Positions 39,492-53,505 of a stretch of 64,000 nucleotides of DNA are shown piece after piece. The stretch's first letter is position 1. Every line of letters starts with the position of its first letter. The position numbers and the translations under genes are program-made. Location: positions 56,236,001 to 56,300,000 of the forward strand of contig NC_087436.1 in the NCBI RefSeq assembly GCF_036321535.1, written 5' to 3'. Under the pieces are notes generated by a model, which made no database searches, was not told the DNA's origin, and saw only the letters and a list, made by a program, of their open reading frames with translations. This stretch comes from Camelus dromedarius (Eukaryota).

Positions 39492-41294
39492 GTAAGTCTA
39501 TTTGAGCAACTGACAGACACTTGGGGTGGGGGGGGTCTGAGGTTTAGCTATTTGGATTTCTTTGAAGGAGATATTAAAAATTGAAAAATCCTGAACAACA
39601 ACAACAACAAAATGCAATACTATACAAATATTCCAGGTCTCTCTCAACATTGAAAAAATGGATCTCCCAGGAACCAGAATGAATAATAACTGTGTCCAGT
39701 TAACAAATGACACACACAGTATTGCTTTCCCGAGCAAAAGGTAATTTAGTCATTTCCATGAAGGAGCTGTCATTCTTTTCAAAGCAGGGGACTGCTACTC
39801 AGTTTTATTAGAGTGCACAAAAGGGCACCTTAAACGCTTCAGAGTCACGTGACTTCTGAAAAAATAAGCTATTTATTCCTAATTTGTGTCTGACTAAACC
39901 AACATCCATGGAATTTAAAATATATGTATGAGAAACATTTTTGCAGGCAGATTTACCAGTTTACAACAAGTGTTTCATGGGAACATCTTCATAAGACCTT
40001 GAAAATGCTGGGTTTGTGTTATACATTATGTTTATCTAAAAGGAATAATGTTTATAAAACATAAGTCTTTAAAAAATTGGATATAGAAGATTGATTTAGG
40101 AATATAGTGGGTGCTATAAGCTAAATATTTTCCATTTTTCATGGCTTTGTTCCTTAGGGTTTCTTAATGAGATGGTAGTTTGATTTCCATACTTGCAAAC
40201 TCTTACTCCTTTATTGAAGAGCCCTTAGCTATACAAAATTTACCATTTTTCATGACCATGAATTAAGGTACTAAGAATTGTTTTGAAATCACACCTATAT
40301 GGGTGAATGGATCAAACAATGTGCTGTCTTTGGATCTTAATTAATGGCAGCCAAGTGTTGACATTTCTTGTAACACATTACAAATTGCTTGTGGAATACA
40401 AGCAACCAAGTGTATTTGTATGGAAGTATTTGTATTTGTCATTTAAGAATAAGATATTTTATTTTCACCACATTTATAAAGTTCTGTTTACCTTCCAGAG
40501 TCTGTACACACAGGGATCTTTAAAAAGAAACCTTACTTAAAATACAAATAGGTAATTATGTTGCTGACATGGAATAAAAATCCTGTGAGACTTATTTTTC
40601 TGTCCACAGTACATGGTATTCTTTGAGGACAGGCTGCAGCTGAGTGTGGTAAAGCACAGCTTCTGTTTGTGGTTTGGGGACTGCTACTGTGCATCTCACT
40701 AAATCTGTAGAGAAATAAAAGAATGGAAAGAATACAACTATTTTACTGACCATTTATCCAGAGGTACAAGGTTTGTTCCTCTAGGTGTTAGTGTGAGTTA
40801 AGGCTTAAAATGAAAACATACTATACACAAGTTAACTTTTTAACATTTTTGATTTAGTGTTCTTCTAGTGTTGACCAAATTGATTCAAGTGATCAAAAAA
40901 ATAGCAATATTTGAAGTGTCTCCTTCTCTCAATATTATATTTCAACGTGGGTGATTTAATGCCTCCTGTTTCTATTATGCATATTTTAAAATTCCCAAAG
41001 CAACCTATTTAACAAGGAGCACTGTGCTGCAAGACGGAACACTGGGCCTTTGTTAGTTACACAAAATGACACATTCTAAATTGTGACATTTGTTAAATAC
41101 AAGCATGACATATTCAAATTAAGACTTTCATGATATAGCATCTAACTTCTTACTGCATCTAACTTATTTCTTACTGCATCTAATTTATTTCTTACTGCAT
41201 TAATAGAATTTTTTTAATGATTGCATATTTACCTATAATGAAGGCACAAGGTGTGTATGTAAATAAGGAAGGGGAATGAGGCCATGAGGGGTTT

Positions 41295-41482
41295 ATTTTT
41301 GTTTGTTTGGTTTTTTTGATAATCTCGCTTTTTTTAGTTTTGGGTTTTTTGATTTTTTTTTTTTTTTTTTTTGAAGGGGGAGGTAATTAGGTTTACTTAT
41401 TTTTGGAGGAGATACCAGGGATTGAACCCAGGACCTCCTGCATGCTGGGCATGTGCTCTACAGTTTGAGCTATGCCCTCCCC
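41295..41482 (-). mobile_element. tRNA-Ala-derived SINE (vic-1-like)
   Basis: Same head as the other two copies; long T tract; TSD gaggggttt (41286, 41490). Confidence 0.88.
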
Positions 41483-42229
41483 TTTACAAGAGGGGTTTTT
41501 TGTTGTTTGTTTTTATTTCTTTATCAAGTCTCCTATTAGACTGAAACATTCGGGTGTTTGAATTAAAATCAGTTAAAAAGCTATTTCTTTTTACAATTCT
41601 GATTTCTTATAGTAACTTAAGTCAGGAAAGTCATTTATCTGCCCTCCTGTATCTTCTCTAGTGCAAAAGGGAATTGTAGTCTGTGCTGTTATCAAGTTCC
41701 TCAGTGATAACCTGAGAAATTGTTGTGGTATATAATTGTAGTATTTTACCGTGAAAGCTATAGTTTCTGTTTACCAGTAAGCTGGGTGTTTCTGGTATAT
41801 CATTACTGACAAAGAAATAATAATGTTCTTGATCCTTATTTTGGAACAAAAGACTTTCTAATAGTGAAAGTACCAAGGTTGCAAGAGGGTCAGGTCTTTA
41901 TTAAGAACAAGAATGGGAGTAGAAAAGATACTACTAGGAATTATCATTTAATGTTTATTTACTTTAGGAGAATTAGTGTCTTCAATGCATTGATAAATAG
42001 CTTTTTACCAGTATTGAAATATTATCTCAAAATAATCCTAGTCTATTTACCATTGAATTAAGTAGGCAACACAGCCTCTGAATCTGCTCAAAATTGTCTA
42101 CATATGATTCAGATACAAACGTAGATATGCTGCTAGGAAGAATAAATTCAGAGTTCATAATGGATGTCAGTAGAATTCAGAGTTACCTAGATAACGTAGT
42201 ATAGTGTATATTTTTAAATAAAAAATTAA

Positions 42230-42520
42230 ACATTTTATTGAAATATAGTTGATTTACAGTATTAGTTTCAGGTGTACAACATAGTGATTCAATATTTTTA
42301 TAGGTTATACTCCATTTAAAATTATTATAAAATATTGGCAATATACCCTGTGCTGTACAATATATCCTTGTAGCTTATTTATTTTATACATAGTAGTTTG
42401 TATCTCTTAATCCACTACTCCTATCTTGCCCCTCCTGGTTTCCCTCTCCGCACTGGTAACCACTATCTGTAAGCTCTTTATCTGTGAGTTTGTTTCTGTT
42501 TTATTATATTCATTTTTTTT
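42230..42520 (-). mobile_element. Older L1 3'UTR fragment
   Basis: Similar to the 3' end of the L1 at 13748 (tttcaggtgtacaacatagtgattc). Confidence 0.8.
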
Positions 42521-42899
42521 TGCACTTAACAAATATTTATCAAGTGCCCATTACATGCCAGACATTGTGCAAGACAGGAGAACAATATTGAACAAACACT
42601 GTCTTTTCCCAGAGGGGACTCGGTCTACAGAGGGACCCAAACAGAAAAATGCTTTAGGGTGATGATGGCATTACAGGAGGGCATGAGGATGCTTAGGATG
42701 GGACTCCAACCCATTAAATCTTCCCTTACTGCTCCAGCCACGTTGATCTTCGTATCCTTTAACTGGTTACAAAATGTACACTTTCTAGTGTAGTGTATTT
42801 TATAACCCAAATTGGTACTTAGGAGTAATACAGAGTTAAATATATAAAAAATGTTAGTCAATGCCTATTCAGTAATTTGTTTAAAATAATCATATTCAG

Positions 42900-44510
42900 A
42901 TACATTTCTTCCTTAGCCACTTTCCTCATTATAGACACCTTTGACTCAAAATGTGTAGAAATACTGGGTAAAATATTAAAACTTAAAAGACATACACACT
43001 TGGAGTGTGTGTGTGAGAGAGAGAGACTATCAAATTCAAAAGAAAGATAAAGAAATGCTCAAGTGCTAGAAATGAAGTAGGGACTCAAATCTAGAGAAGT
43101 ACCTGAATGAGTGGACACCAGAACAACCAAGAGGGACATTAGACATGGAGGTAGGTCTAGCGGATGGCAGTTAGGGTTTCAGTTCTGAGGCTGAGAGTTG
43201 AAAGTGAGAACTCTGAATAAAGCTGGTCTCTTAAGTGGCTGCCCCCATCATAAAGAATTGCTGGAAATTTTCTACTCATCAGCCCAGGGAAGCCACAGGA
43301 AAATTCATGGTAAAGAAAAGAAAAATGAAGTCTTAAGTAAAACCACAATCCTACACCCAGTCTGGATAGGGAGTCTAAGGTAGAGGGAGTGAAATACCCA
43401 AGTATATGTAACTTACCTACTTGGTAACTCTTCTGGAGTACCAGTGGAAGTGAACAGCAAGCCATTCTCTAGAGTTCTTTCCACAACTCAAGGGCATTGG
43501 TCTATGATAAAAATAGCCCACTCCTGAAAATGAACTTAAAATACAAAGTTTTGTATCACCCAGAGGGAATAGTCTGCTGCAAGGGAGAGTTGGCAACATA
43601 ATAAACAGGTGAGCTAGTTCTCTAATAACATGGGCTGCTAGAGTAATCTGAATGAGGCTATAAAATAAATAAAAAGATAAACCTTTCATAAGCACAAATG
43701 AAAAAATAGAATATTGTGGAAAAGGCAGGCAGATTTAGGGAAAAATCAAATGGAATGTGATCCACTGAAAGTTAAAACTCAATGAAAGTTTAAAAATCAG
43801 ATCATGTAAGAGACAGCTTTATGTAACTCTGAACCTAAAATTAGTAAACTGGAATGTAGATCTCATGAAGCTTTTCTGAATACAGGGAGGAAAGATAAAG
43901 TGAGTGATTATATAAAAGATAGGTTATAACACATGGAAAATAGAATGAGAAAAGTCTCAAATATATTATTCAAGAAAGCAAAATTAAAAGTTTTCCAGAC
44001 AAAATAGGGAGGGCTTACTACTCACAAACTCTCAATAAATTATGAAAAATGTAAAAATTGATTCTTTTAAAAAAAAGAGGGACCAATTAAGGGACAGTTG
44101 AAAATAAGATGAAACTAAAGTATAGACAACAGTTAACACAGAATATGGGAAGTTATAATGTTCTAATTTTTATATATTCAGGAAAAGAACAGCAATGCTA
44201 TTTGCATTAGACTTTACTGATTCAAGTGTTTCAGTTAAAATGTCAAGACTGACTACATAAAGGTTGAATATATAAATTCAGAATAAGATTTTTAAGAGCA
44301 GGAAGGTAGCAAAAAAATGTAGTTAAAATTGAAAACAAGATGGTATATATTACTGTTATCATATATCAAGGATAATAATGTGAATGAATTAAACCTACCT
44401 ATTAAAGATAATTCAAAATTAAAGGAAAAAATTCAGTTTTATAATGTTTGTCAGAGACATACTTAAATCATAACTATAGTGAAGGACTGAAAGTGAAGAA
44501 TTGGAACTTA
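42900..44510 (+). mobile_element. Highly decayed ancient L1 (5'/ORF1 region to endonuclease start)
   Basis: A-rich strand bias; aatgtgaatgaattaaacctacctattaaa resembles the ORF2 NVNGLN motif; boundaries approximate. Confidence 0.45.
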
Positions 44511-44803
44511 CAATATGGTTCAATCTTTATTTTAAAATGTCCAGTTAATGGCTTTGATTATCTGATTGGGCCATTCTTAATTCAATTCCACTTCCCAGTA
44601 CACCCAAGTAACATATATTAAAGATTGGTTTTACTCATAGTTTTCATTTAGATTCTTATTTTTCTTAACTTTTATTGTTTTTAGAATGCTTAATTTTCTT
44701 TTGAATTATTAATCAAAAGTTTTCTCAATTGTTTACCAGGCTATTAGTTTTTGTGTAAGACATCTTAGAAATCCAAGTGTTTCCTCAATGCCAACTAAAG
44801 TTT

Positions 44804-46086
44804 ATTTATTTTTTTTTTAAATTGAAGTGCATTCAGTTATAATGTGTCAATTTCTGGTATACAGTCATGCATATACTTAGATTATATCTGTTGTCATATC
44901 CTTTTTCATTAAAGATTACTACAAGATATTGAATATAGCTCCTGGTGCTATACAGATGAAATTTGTTTTTTAATCTGTTTTTATATTTAGTGGCTAACAT
45001 TTATAAATCTCAAACTCCCGAATTTATCCCTTCCCACTCCCTTGCCCCAGTAACCATAAGATTATTTACTATGTCTGCAAGTCTTTCTGTTTTGTAGATA
45101 GATTCATAGTGTACTTTTTTTTTTCTTTTTTTTTTTTAGATTCCACATATGAGTGATATCATGTGGTATTTTTCTTTCTCTTTTTACCTTACTTCACTTA
45201 GAATGATCTCTGGGTCAGTCCATGTTAATGTAAATGGCATTATTTTATTCTTTTTTATGGCAGAGTAGCATTCCATTGTATAAATATACCACAACTTCTT
45301 TATCCAGTCACCTGTCGCTGGACATTTAGGTTCCTTCCATGTCTTGGCTATTGTATATAGTGCTGCTATGAATTTTGTGGTGCGTGTATCTTTTCAAATT
45401 AAAAGTTCCTCCAGATACATACTGAGAAGTGGGGTTGCTGGATTATATGGTAGGTCTATTTTTAGTTTTTTGATGAATCTCCATACTGTTTTCCATAATG
45501 GGTACACCAAACTACATTCCCACCAACAGTGTAGAAGGGTTCCCTTTCCTCCACACCCTCTCCAGCATTTATCTTTCATGGACTTTTGAATGATGGCCAT
45601 TCTGATTTGTGTGAGGTGATACCTCATTGTAGTTTTGATTTGCATTTCTCTGATAATTAGCGATACTGAGTTTTTTTTCATGTGCCTATTGGCCATTTTT
45701 GTGTTTTCATTGTGGAATTGCTTGTTTAGGTCCTCTGCCCATTTTTGGATTGGTTTTTTGTTTGTTTGTTTGTTTGTTATTAAGTTGTATGAGCTGTTTG
45801 TATATTCTGGAAATTAAGCCTTTGTCACTCACATCATTTGCAAATATTTTCTCCCATCCCATAAGTTGTTTTGTTTTGTTTACGGTTTCCTTTGCTGTGC
45901 AAAAGCTTTTAAGTTTAATTTGGTCCCATTTATTTTTGCTCTTATTTCTACTTCCTGGGTAGACTGCCCTAGGAGAACATTGCTAAGATTTATGTCAGAG
46001 AATGTTTTGCCTATGTTTTCTTCTAGATTTATCATGTCTTGTCTTATATTTAAGTCTTTAAGCCATTTTGAGTTTTTGTGTAAGGA
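44804..46086 (-). mobile_element. 5'-truncated L1 (1.3 kb)
   Basis: [14 protein letters not shown] and HCWWEC peptides; TSD caactaaagttt/caactgaagttt. Confidence 0.93.
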
Positions 46087-47030
46087 CAACTGAAGTTTTT
46101 AATCAAAAGACTTTGAGGATTATTTACAAAATTATTCAATATTTTGAAGATATAATAATGCTAAATGTTAGCAAATGTGCAGTAAAGTAGAGTCTTGTAT
46201 TTTGCAAATGGGAATACAGATTTTTATGATTATTTGGGTAAGCAATTTGACAATGAGTTAAGAGCTTTATAATTATTTATATCCTTTGATACTGTAATTC
46301 TATGTCAATGGATAAATTTTAAGTAATTGTGAATACCTAAAATATATGTGCCAAATATGTTTATATTCTTTGCATTTTATTGTAAAAATGCAAAATCTTA
46401 AAGTCCAGTATTACATCAGTGATTAAGTAATACATATTCATAAGGTGGAATATCATATAGCCACTAAAATATTTTTGATGGTTTAACATGGAAAAGCAGA
46501 ATATGGATTTATATATGCATCTAGTCATAACCATATAAAAATAAGCTTAGGAAAAAGATGAGTGAAATTTATGCATTTATGCTAGTGAGATTACAAGTAA
46601 TTTTTTTCTTTTTTAATGTGCTTTCTTCCTCCATATTCTTTATACTTAGTGTTTCATCATGTTGTAATTGTAAATGACTTTTTAAAAAAGGAATGTTGCA
46701 GACTGGCTAGAACAACTGCATGATCTTGAAAACAGGACTCTCGTCTTGGGGTTTGAGATGTAGCAGTATCACTGGCCTGTCCTGGGAATTTGGTCACATT
46801 GATTCAAATTAGATTAGATTTAAATTAGATTACCAAGAAAAAGATTTTCATAAAATAGTTGTATAAGACCCTAGTTGTATAAAACCCTAGGTTCAAGAGT
46901 TACTTATACCCAGTAAACCAAGTGCATATATAAAAGGATTTTGAAAACACAGATTTGGAACTGAATTACACTTTTGCATTATTTCTCAGTTGCTTATCTT
47001 ATACATATTACTCTGTCCTTGCAACCATAC

Positions 47031-47140
47031 TTTTTTTTTTTTTTTTTTTGAAGTACCATCAGTTATAATGTGTCAGTTTCTGGTGTACAGCACAATGTCC
47101 CAGTCATGCGTATACATACGTATATTTGTTTTCATATTTC
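47031..47140 (-). mobile_element. Very short L1 3' end
   Basis: T tract followed by the same 3'UTR terminus as the L1s at 44804 and 47807. Confidence 0.8.
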
Positions 47141-47806
47141 ATATTTAAACTGTTTAATAAACTGACTTCATTATATGATAGTATGTAACTTCATTTGTGA
47201 AACAAGGTTGGGGTCTTTAAGCAATTTCAGAAACTCCAGTAAATTTTTAAGCCATCCACACACAGTTGATATTGAAGTTGATAACATATATCATGTATAC
47301 ATTACACTGGCTATATCCTCATTGACCTGAAAAAAGTAGTTCTTACACTGGAGACACTACTTTCAAATTAAGGACTTCCAGAAAAATTGATGTTACTTCA
47401 CTAGAATACATTATTAAAGGGTAATTAAAAACCATCAGAGTCATTTGATATCCCAGAAAGAAGTTGGACATTATTGGTTTATAAGCACAGTGTTAATTGA
47501 GAAACAAAATTAAATACTGGAATCCTTAGGTATGTAAAAGGTATGGATTGCATTGAACAAGAAAGGGTAGATGACTTTGAGCACTTTTAACTATTGAAAA
47601 TAACTAAGCATACATGTCTGATATCTCTGATACAAGAAACTTAATGTTAATAACAGATTACTGTTTTTATTTAATAATACTATAAAATAGTATACTTATT
47701 CAGAAGGCAGTGATGGATGGTCTATTGTGATGTGCACCTACTTACATTTCTTTTTAACATCCCTGAGTTTATATGAAAGTAGCTCCTGGTTTTGCCATAT
47801 GGTTTT

Positions 47807-49767
47807 ATTTATTTTTTAATTGAAGTACAGTCAGTTACAGTGTGTCAGTCTCTGGTGTACAGTACAATGTCCCAATCATATATATACATACATATATTCA
47901 TTTTCATTTTTTTTCCATTAAAGGTTATTACAAGATATTGAACACAGTTCCCTGTGCTATACACAAGAAACTTTTTAAAAATCTATTTTTATATATAGTG
48001 GCTAACATTTGTAAATCTCAAACTCCCAAATTTATCTCCTCCCATCCCCTTTCCCTGGTAACTATAAGATTGTGTACTAAGTCTGCTTCTGTTTTATAGA
48101 TGAGTTCATAGTGTGCTTTTTTTTTTTTTTTTAAGATTCAACATATGAGTGATATCATATGTTATTTTTCTTTCTTTCTGGCTTACTTCACTTAGGATGA
48201 TGATCTCTAGGTCCATCCATGTTGTGGCAAATGGCATTATTTTATTCTTTTTTATGGGAGAGTAGTATTTCATTGTATAAACATACTGCAGCTTCTTTAT
48301 CCTGTTATCTGTTGATGGACATTTAGGTGGTTCCATGTCTTGGCTATTGTAACTAGTGCTGCTATGAACATAGGGGTGCATGTATCTTTTTGAATTAGAG
48401 TTCCTTCCAGATGTATACCCAGAAGTGGGATTACTGGATCATACTCTGTTTTTCGTTTTTTGATGAATCTCCATACTGTTTTCCATAATGACTACACCAA
48501 ACTACATTCCCACCAGCAGTATAGAAAGGTTCCCTTTTTCTCCACACCCTATCTAGCATTTATCATTCGTGGACTTTTGAATAATGGCCATTCTGACTTG
48601 TGTGAGGTGATACCTCCTTGTAGTTTTGATTTGCATTTCTCTGATAATTAGTGATATTTCATATGTCTATTGGGAATTTGTACTTCTTCATTGGAGAAAT
48701 GCTTGTTTAGGTCTTCTGCCCATTTTTCGATTGGGTTGTTTGGGGTTTTTTTGTTATTAAGTTGTATGAGCTGTTTATATATTCTTGAAATTAAGCCTTT
48801 GTTAGTCGCATCATTTGCAAATATTTTCTCCCGTTCGGTAGGTTGTTTTGTTTTGTTTATGATTTCCTTTGCTGTGCAAAAGCTTGTGAGTTTAATTAGG
48901 TCCCATTTGTTTATTTTTGCTCTTATTTCCATTGCCTAGGTAGACTGCTCTAGGAGAACATTGCTAAGATTTATGGAAGAATGTTTTGCCTGTGTTTTCT
49001 TCTAGGAAATTTATCATGTCTTGTCTTATATTTAAGTCTTTAAACCATTTTGAGTTTATTTTTGTTTATGGAGTGAGGGAGTGTTCAAACTTCATTGATT
49101 TACATGCTACTACCCAGTTTTCCCAACACCACTTGCTGAAGAGACTGTCTTTTCTCCTTTTCTCCATTGTATATTCTTGCCTCCTTTATCAAAGATTTGA
49201 CCATAGGTCTGTGGATTTATTTCTGGGCTATCTGTTGTGTTCCATTGATCCGTATGTCTGTTTTTATGCCAATACCATGTTGTTTTGATTACTGTAGCTC
49301 TGTAATATTGGCTGAAGTTTGGGAGGATAACAGACTACTCACTAGAAATGAAATAGAATTAGCAATAAAAAACCTCCCTGCAAACAAAAGTCCAGGATCA
49401 AGATGGCTTCACTGGGGAATTCTATCAAACATACAAAGAAGAATTCATACTGGCCCTTCTCAAACTCTTCCAAAAGATGGGAAAGGAGAGAGTACTCCCA
49501 AACTCGTTCCATGCAGCCACCATCATCCTGATACCAAAACCAGACAAAGACACTACCAAAAATGAAAACTACAGGCCAATATCACCGATGAACATAGATG
49601 CAAAAATCCTCAACAAAATATTAGCAAACAGAATCCAACAGCACATAAAAGAAAATCATACATCATGATCAAGTTGGATTCATCCCAGGAACACAAGGGT
49701 GGTTCAACATATGCAAATCAATCAATGTGGTACACCACATCCACAAAAGAAAGGACAAAAACCACAT
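47807..49767 (-). mobile_element. 5'-inverted L1: 47807-49326 on minus, about 49327-49767 on plus
   Basis: Orientation switch after gggagg (49326); inverted ORF2 piece encodes [29 protein letters not shown] catatggtttt/catgtgatttt. Confidence 0.9.
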
Positions 49768-52700
49768 CATGTGATTTTGAAATAGGATTTGCGTGAAATG
49801 GTTCTGGAGAGAGAGAGCACACACTAGGCACAGGAAGAAGTACAGAAGGCAAAAAAAAAAAAAAAAAAAAAACACTTAAGACAGTCTTCAAAAATGCTAA
49901 GTCAGTAAGCATATATGCCATTTATGTTGAAATAAAACTATTACCAAGACCTAATAACTTAACTTTTATAATGTTTATAATGAATTTGTAGTAAGACTTA
50001 CTTTGTCATGGTTGGTGTACAATGATTTCACCCATGCTTACCTTTTCCTTCTGAAAATAGCAGTCCAAGGATTATGTATATGTGGCTTGGTCCAGAAATG
50101 GTATTTTGTATATATTTATGAACACACTCAATTAGATTATTACATTACTGCATCTGTTCCTATGGACTTTGGTTTTTAATCCCATTTGAAGTTTGGAGTC
50201 CCACATAGGGATATGTAAGAGTTCAAATCTGAATTTAGAATTAGTCCTTGCTGAGGATGGTTTATGCCACAGTAGACAAATTAGAAATTGCAATTTACAA
50301 ATAAGAACTGCCTGGAATTGTGTCTGCATCAGTGAACTTCCTGACTTTGGGAAATTAAAATGTTACGCAGTCTGCAAATTTAGCACTTTCTACTCATTAA
50401 AATATTTGCATGTCACCCAGCTCTTCTATTAATTCTCACGTACAGAGGAAGTGGCAGAAGTCTGTGTAAATTGTACTGTGGACACACTGCATACCAGGGC
50501 CCCCGGGATCCCAGGTGCATTTAGTATGAGGAAATAATTTACTTTAATATGAGGAAATAATTTACTTTCTTAACTTTAGCATGATGTGTTTATAACCACT
50601 GATAGGCATCTGAGAAGGTGCTAGTCAGTTTCCAGTGAAATTCTTGTCAACACAGCACTTTGATAGGAAACCATAATTATCAGTGTCAGACAGTGAGTGC
50701 TTTTATCTATAGTTTGAAAGAAGTTGATGTCATAGCTCTGTCTGTATAGTCCTGGATATTTGTCATGTCCCAGCTGGCAGATAAATATTCTGTCCGTGGA
50801 CTTACTGCCCAACACAGTGCTCTGCTGTCTCCAGTATAATGAGTGTGGTTTGCTTTTGGTTTTTTCCTTTCTGGTAAAACATTTTCCTGCTTTTCAAAGC
50901 AGGGATGTGGTTAGGAAATTTAGCCCCCAGGAACCTGCTGAACACCTCTGCAGCCCCAAACAGATTCGTTTGAAAGGGCAAATGGCAAGGTCTTCAGCTT
51001 CCAGGATGCAAAGGAAACTCCGAGGGAATCGAAGTGTACTACCTTTCACAGTCACAGCAAAGCATGGACTCCTTCAAGATCACATAGAGGCAGGGCTGGG
51101 GCTTTCGCTTTTCTTTTTGCCTGAAGAAACCAGCAGATAGGGTGATGTACACTAGGAATCAGCCTCTGCTTCAGGACTCTTGTCACTTTACTTTTTCTAT
51201 CAGATGTCTTTTCTGCTTTGGATTTATTTATCAGTGCCTTTGGATTTAATAATTTATCCTCCTGCAAGAGCATTGATGGGGAGAGAATCTACTGCTTTGA
51301 AAACACTTGGGCAGCTTATCTGGGGGTTTGATTTTATTCAACTGTTGAGTTAAATTTCAGATGTTTATTCATCACCTACTGTGGGTCACGAGATAAGACT
51401 TTTATATCTGAGATGTTCATTCTCTGCTATTCATTTTCAGAAGGGTGTGGTTGTCAGTGTTCAGAATAGGGCTGTGAATCAGTTAATGAAGCAGGGCCGA
51501 CTGTCCTGTGAAGGCTGGAGCACAAGTTACCACAGCAGTTTAGATAACTGCTATCAGTGATAAGCAAATGGTCTTTTCAATTTTTGTTGTCATGTCCTAG
51601 GATTTATGTATTCATTTATTTGGAGTTCTTTAAGCTCTTGTCAATAAATAAACCCTCAGAAGAGTGGTAAATTATAATAAATGACCGTGAGTGTCTTTGA
51701 CAGGCCTGACCTTTGACATCATTAGTGCTGTCCTGATGGGCTGGCTAGATAAGAACCAACCTAAAAGGAAAAAACCAAAATCTGGATGTGTTTGTTTTGA
51801 ATGGCTCTTGAGGTTTTTAATAAGAACATTTGCATCAGACAAAATGTAATTGGGATGAGAAAAATACATATGTTGGCTTAGTGTAAGGTCATGGAGGGGT
51901 GAGGGGGGTGGACAGGAAAAAAAAAGAAAAAGACCAAGCAGCCAGGTCAAGGAGAGGGGAAAATCCATCAAGAACAGATTTCTCTAATGCTGGGATCATA
52001 AAAATGAGGACAGATCTTATGAAGTGGTATCTTGTACTTCAGATAGATAAATATGCTAACAATAACCAAAAGCTTGAGAATTCAAAAACATGTACCTTTC
52101 TAGAATCCACTTAATGCTTTATAAACTATAGTTGAGTTATGTCATATTCATAACTTATGTACTATTCCCCATATGAGATATTCATTAATCCTCTATTTAA
52201 TCCTAACAATATAAAACCTGTTTACATGTGTTAGGTCATAGGTGCAGCTCCAGATTGAAATACAATGCATAAGCTTGAAGGCAAGCAGGAACACCTTGTA
52301 AAACTCCACCTATCTCCCTTTTGACAACAAATTTGATAACTAAAGACAGACTTGATTCCCAGACCTCTACAGAAAGACTTTTCTTTTATGTATTCCTTAA
52401 ATTTAGCTCAGTGGTTCTCAAACTTTGGAGGACGTAAAAATTACTGTATCATATATTTTAGTTTGAAAGAATTTCAGATAGAATTTTAATTTTATTCACT
52501 TTCCACCAAATACAGTGACTTAAGGCCCTGGCATTAGTTGCTTTTGACTAGAATCTGTGTTTGGCAGGGCCAAACTGAAGTAAAATTGACCTGAGTTCAA
52601 TTTAATAAAACTCAAAAAGTACAAAAAAAAAAACCTTACAAACAGAACTTTTGATATTCCCCTAATAATAGCTCTATCTTGGGAAGGAAGAATCCAAGGC

Positions 52701-53344
52701 CTAAAACTGAAACAGCCCACCCAACGCCCACAAGTTAGTGCAAGAGCCAATATATGAACCCAAATCTGTCTCATTTTGAAAAAAGCCTTTTTCACATGGG
52801 CTCTTGGATGCTGAAAGCAAGTAGTTGCCAGCTTTTATAGCTTTAAAACTTGACTTTCTTTTTATGTAGTGTCCCTCCAGTTATTGATGTTTATTCCTTT
52901 TTTCCTGTTGGCATCATTTTTGAGAGAAACAAAGCTTCTTTTTTAAATATTTCTATTGACAGCTGGGTTGTATGCCACATGCAGTGCGGTTATCGTGCAT
53001 CGACAACTGCGTCATCCCAGCAGGCTCTCAAGTTACATTAGAGTAGAAATGCCCAAGCTTGGCTCCCGTCTTTGCTTACCCCACACTTGAAACAAAAGAC
53101 ACTGTTTGGAAGTTATTTTATTTAAGGGCAAAAGTCTCTCTGTTGTTTTAGTTTTCTCATGGATATCAATGATAATATTTCACATGGAGAGATATTTTCT
53201 AGTCTAAATAATTAGCATTACCTCATTCAATAACTGAATTGCAAATTAAGCCATGAACATAGCAAGCCTTTTCTGTTATTTCCTTGCCTCTCCTCACTTA
53301 AATATTTTCATTAATGTTGGACAGTACTTATAAGAAGGATAGAC

Positions 53345-53505
53345 TGTAGCTCAAGAGCTGGGATCTGCCCCTCACGTTGCAGTTTCACCAGCTTTGTGAT
53401 GTTAGGCAAGTCCTTTCATCCCTCTATGCCCCGTCTCCTCAGTCTGTATCTACAAAGGGATTAGAACAGGGCATTCTAATCAAAGGTCTATTTTAACTCT
53501 AACAT
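53345..53505 (+). mobile_element. MIR fragment
   Basis: gtgatgttaggcaagtcctttcatccctctatgccccgtctcctcagtctgta. Confidence 0.6.

Noticed and set aside
39491..40580. Secreted ectodomain isoform by read-through after exon 7 (SKSI-stop)
   Set aside because: The donor is strong and the first AATAAA I noticed is about 1.1 kb away in AT-rich sequence; no positive evidence
41138..41200. Short tandem repeats (also 46857-46890 and 50524-50567) as a CRISPR-like or functional array
   Set aside because: Two or three adjacent copies without spacers; ordinary slippage duplications in a mammalian intron
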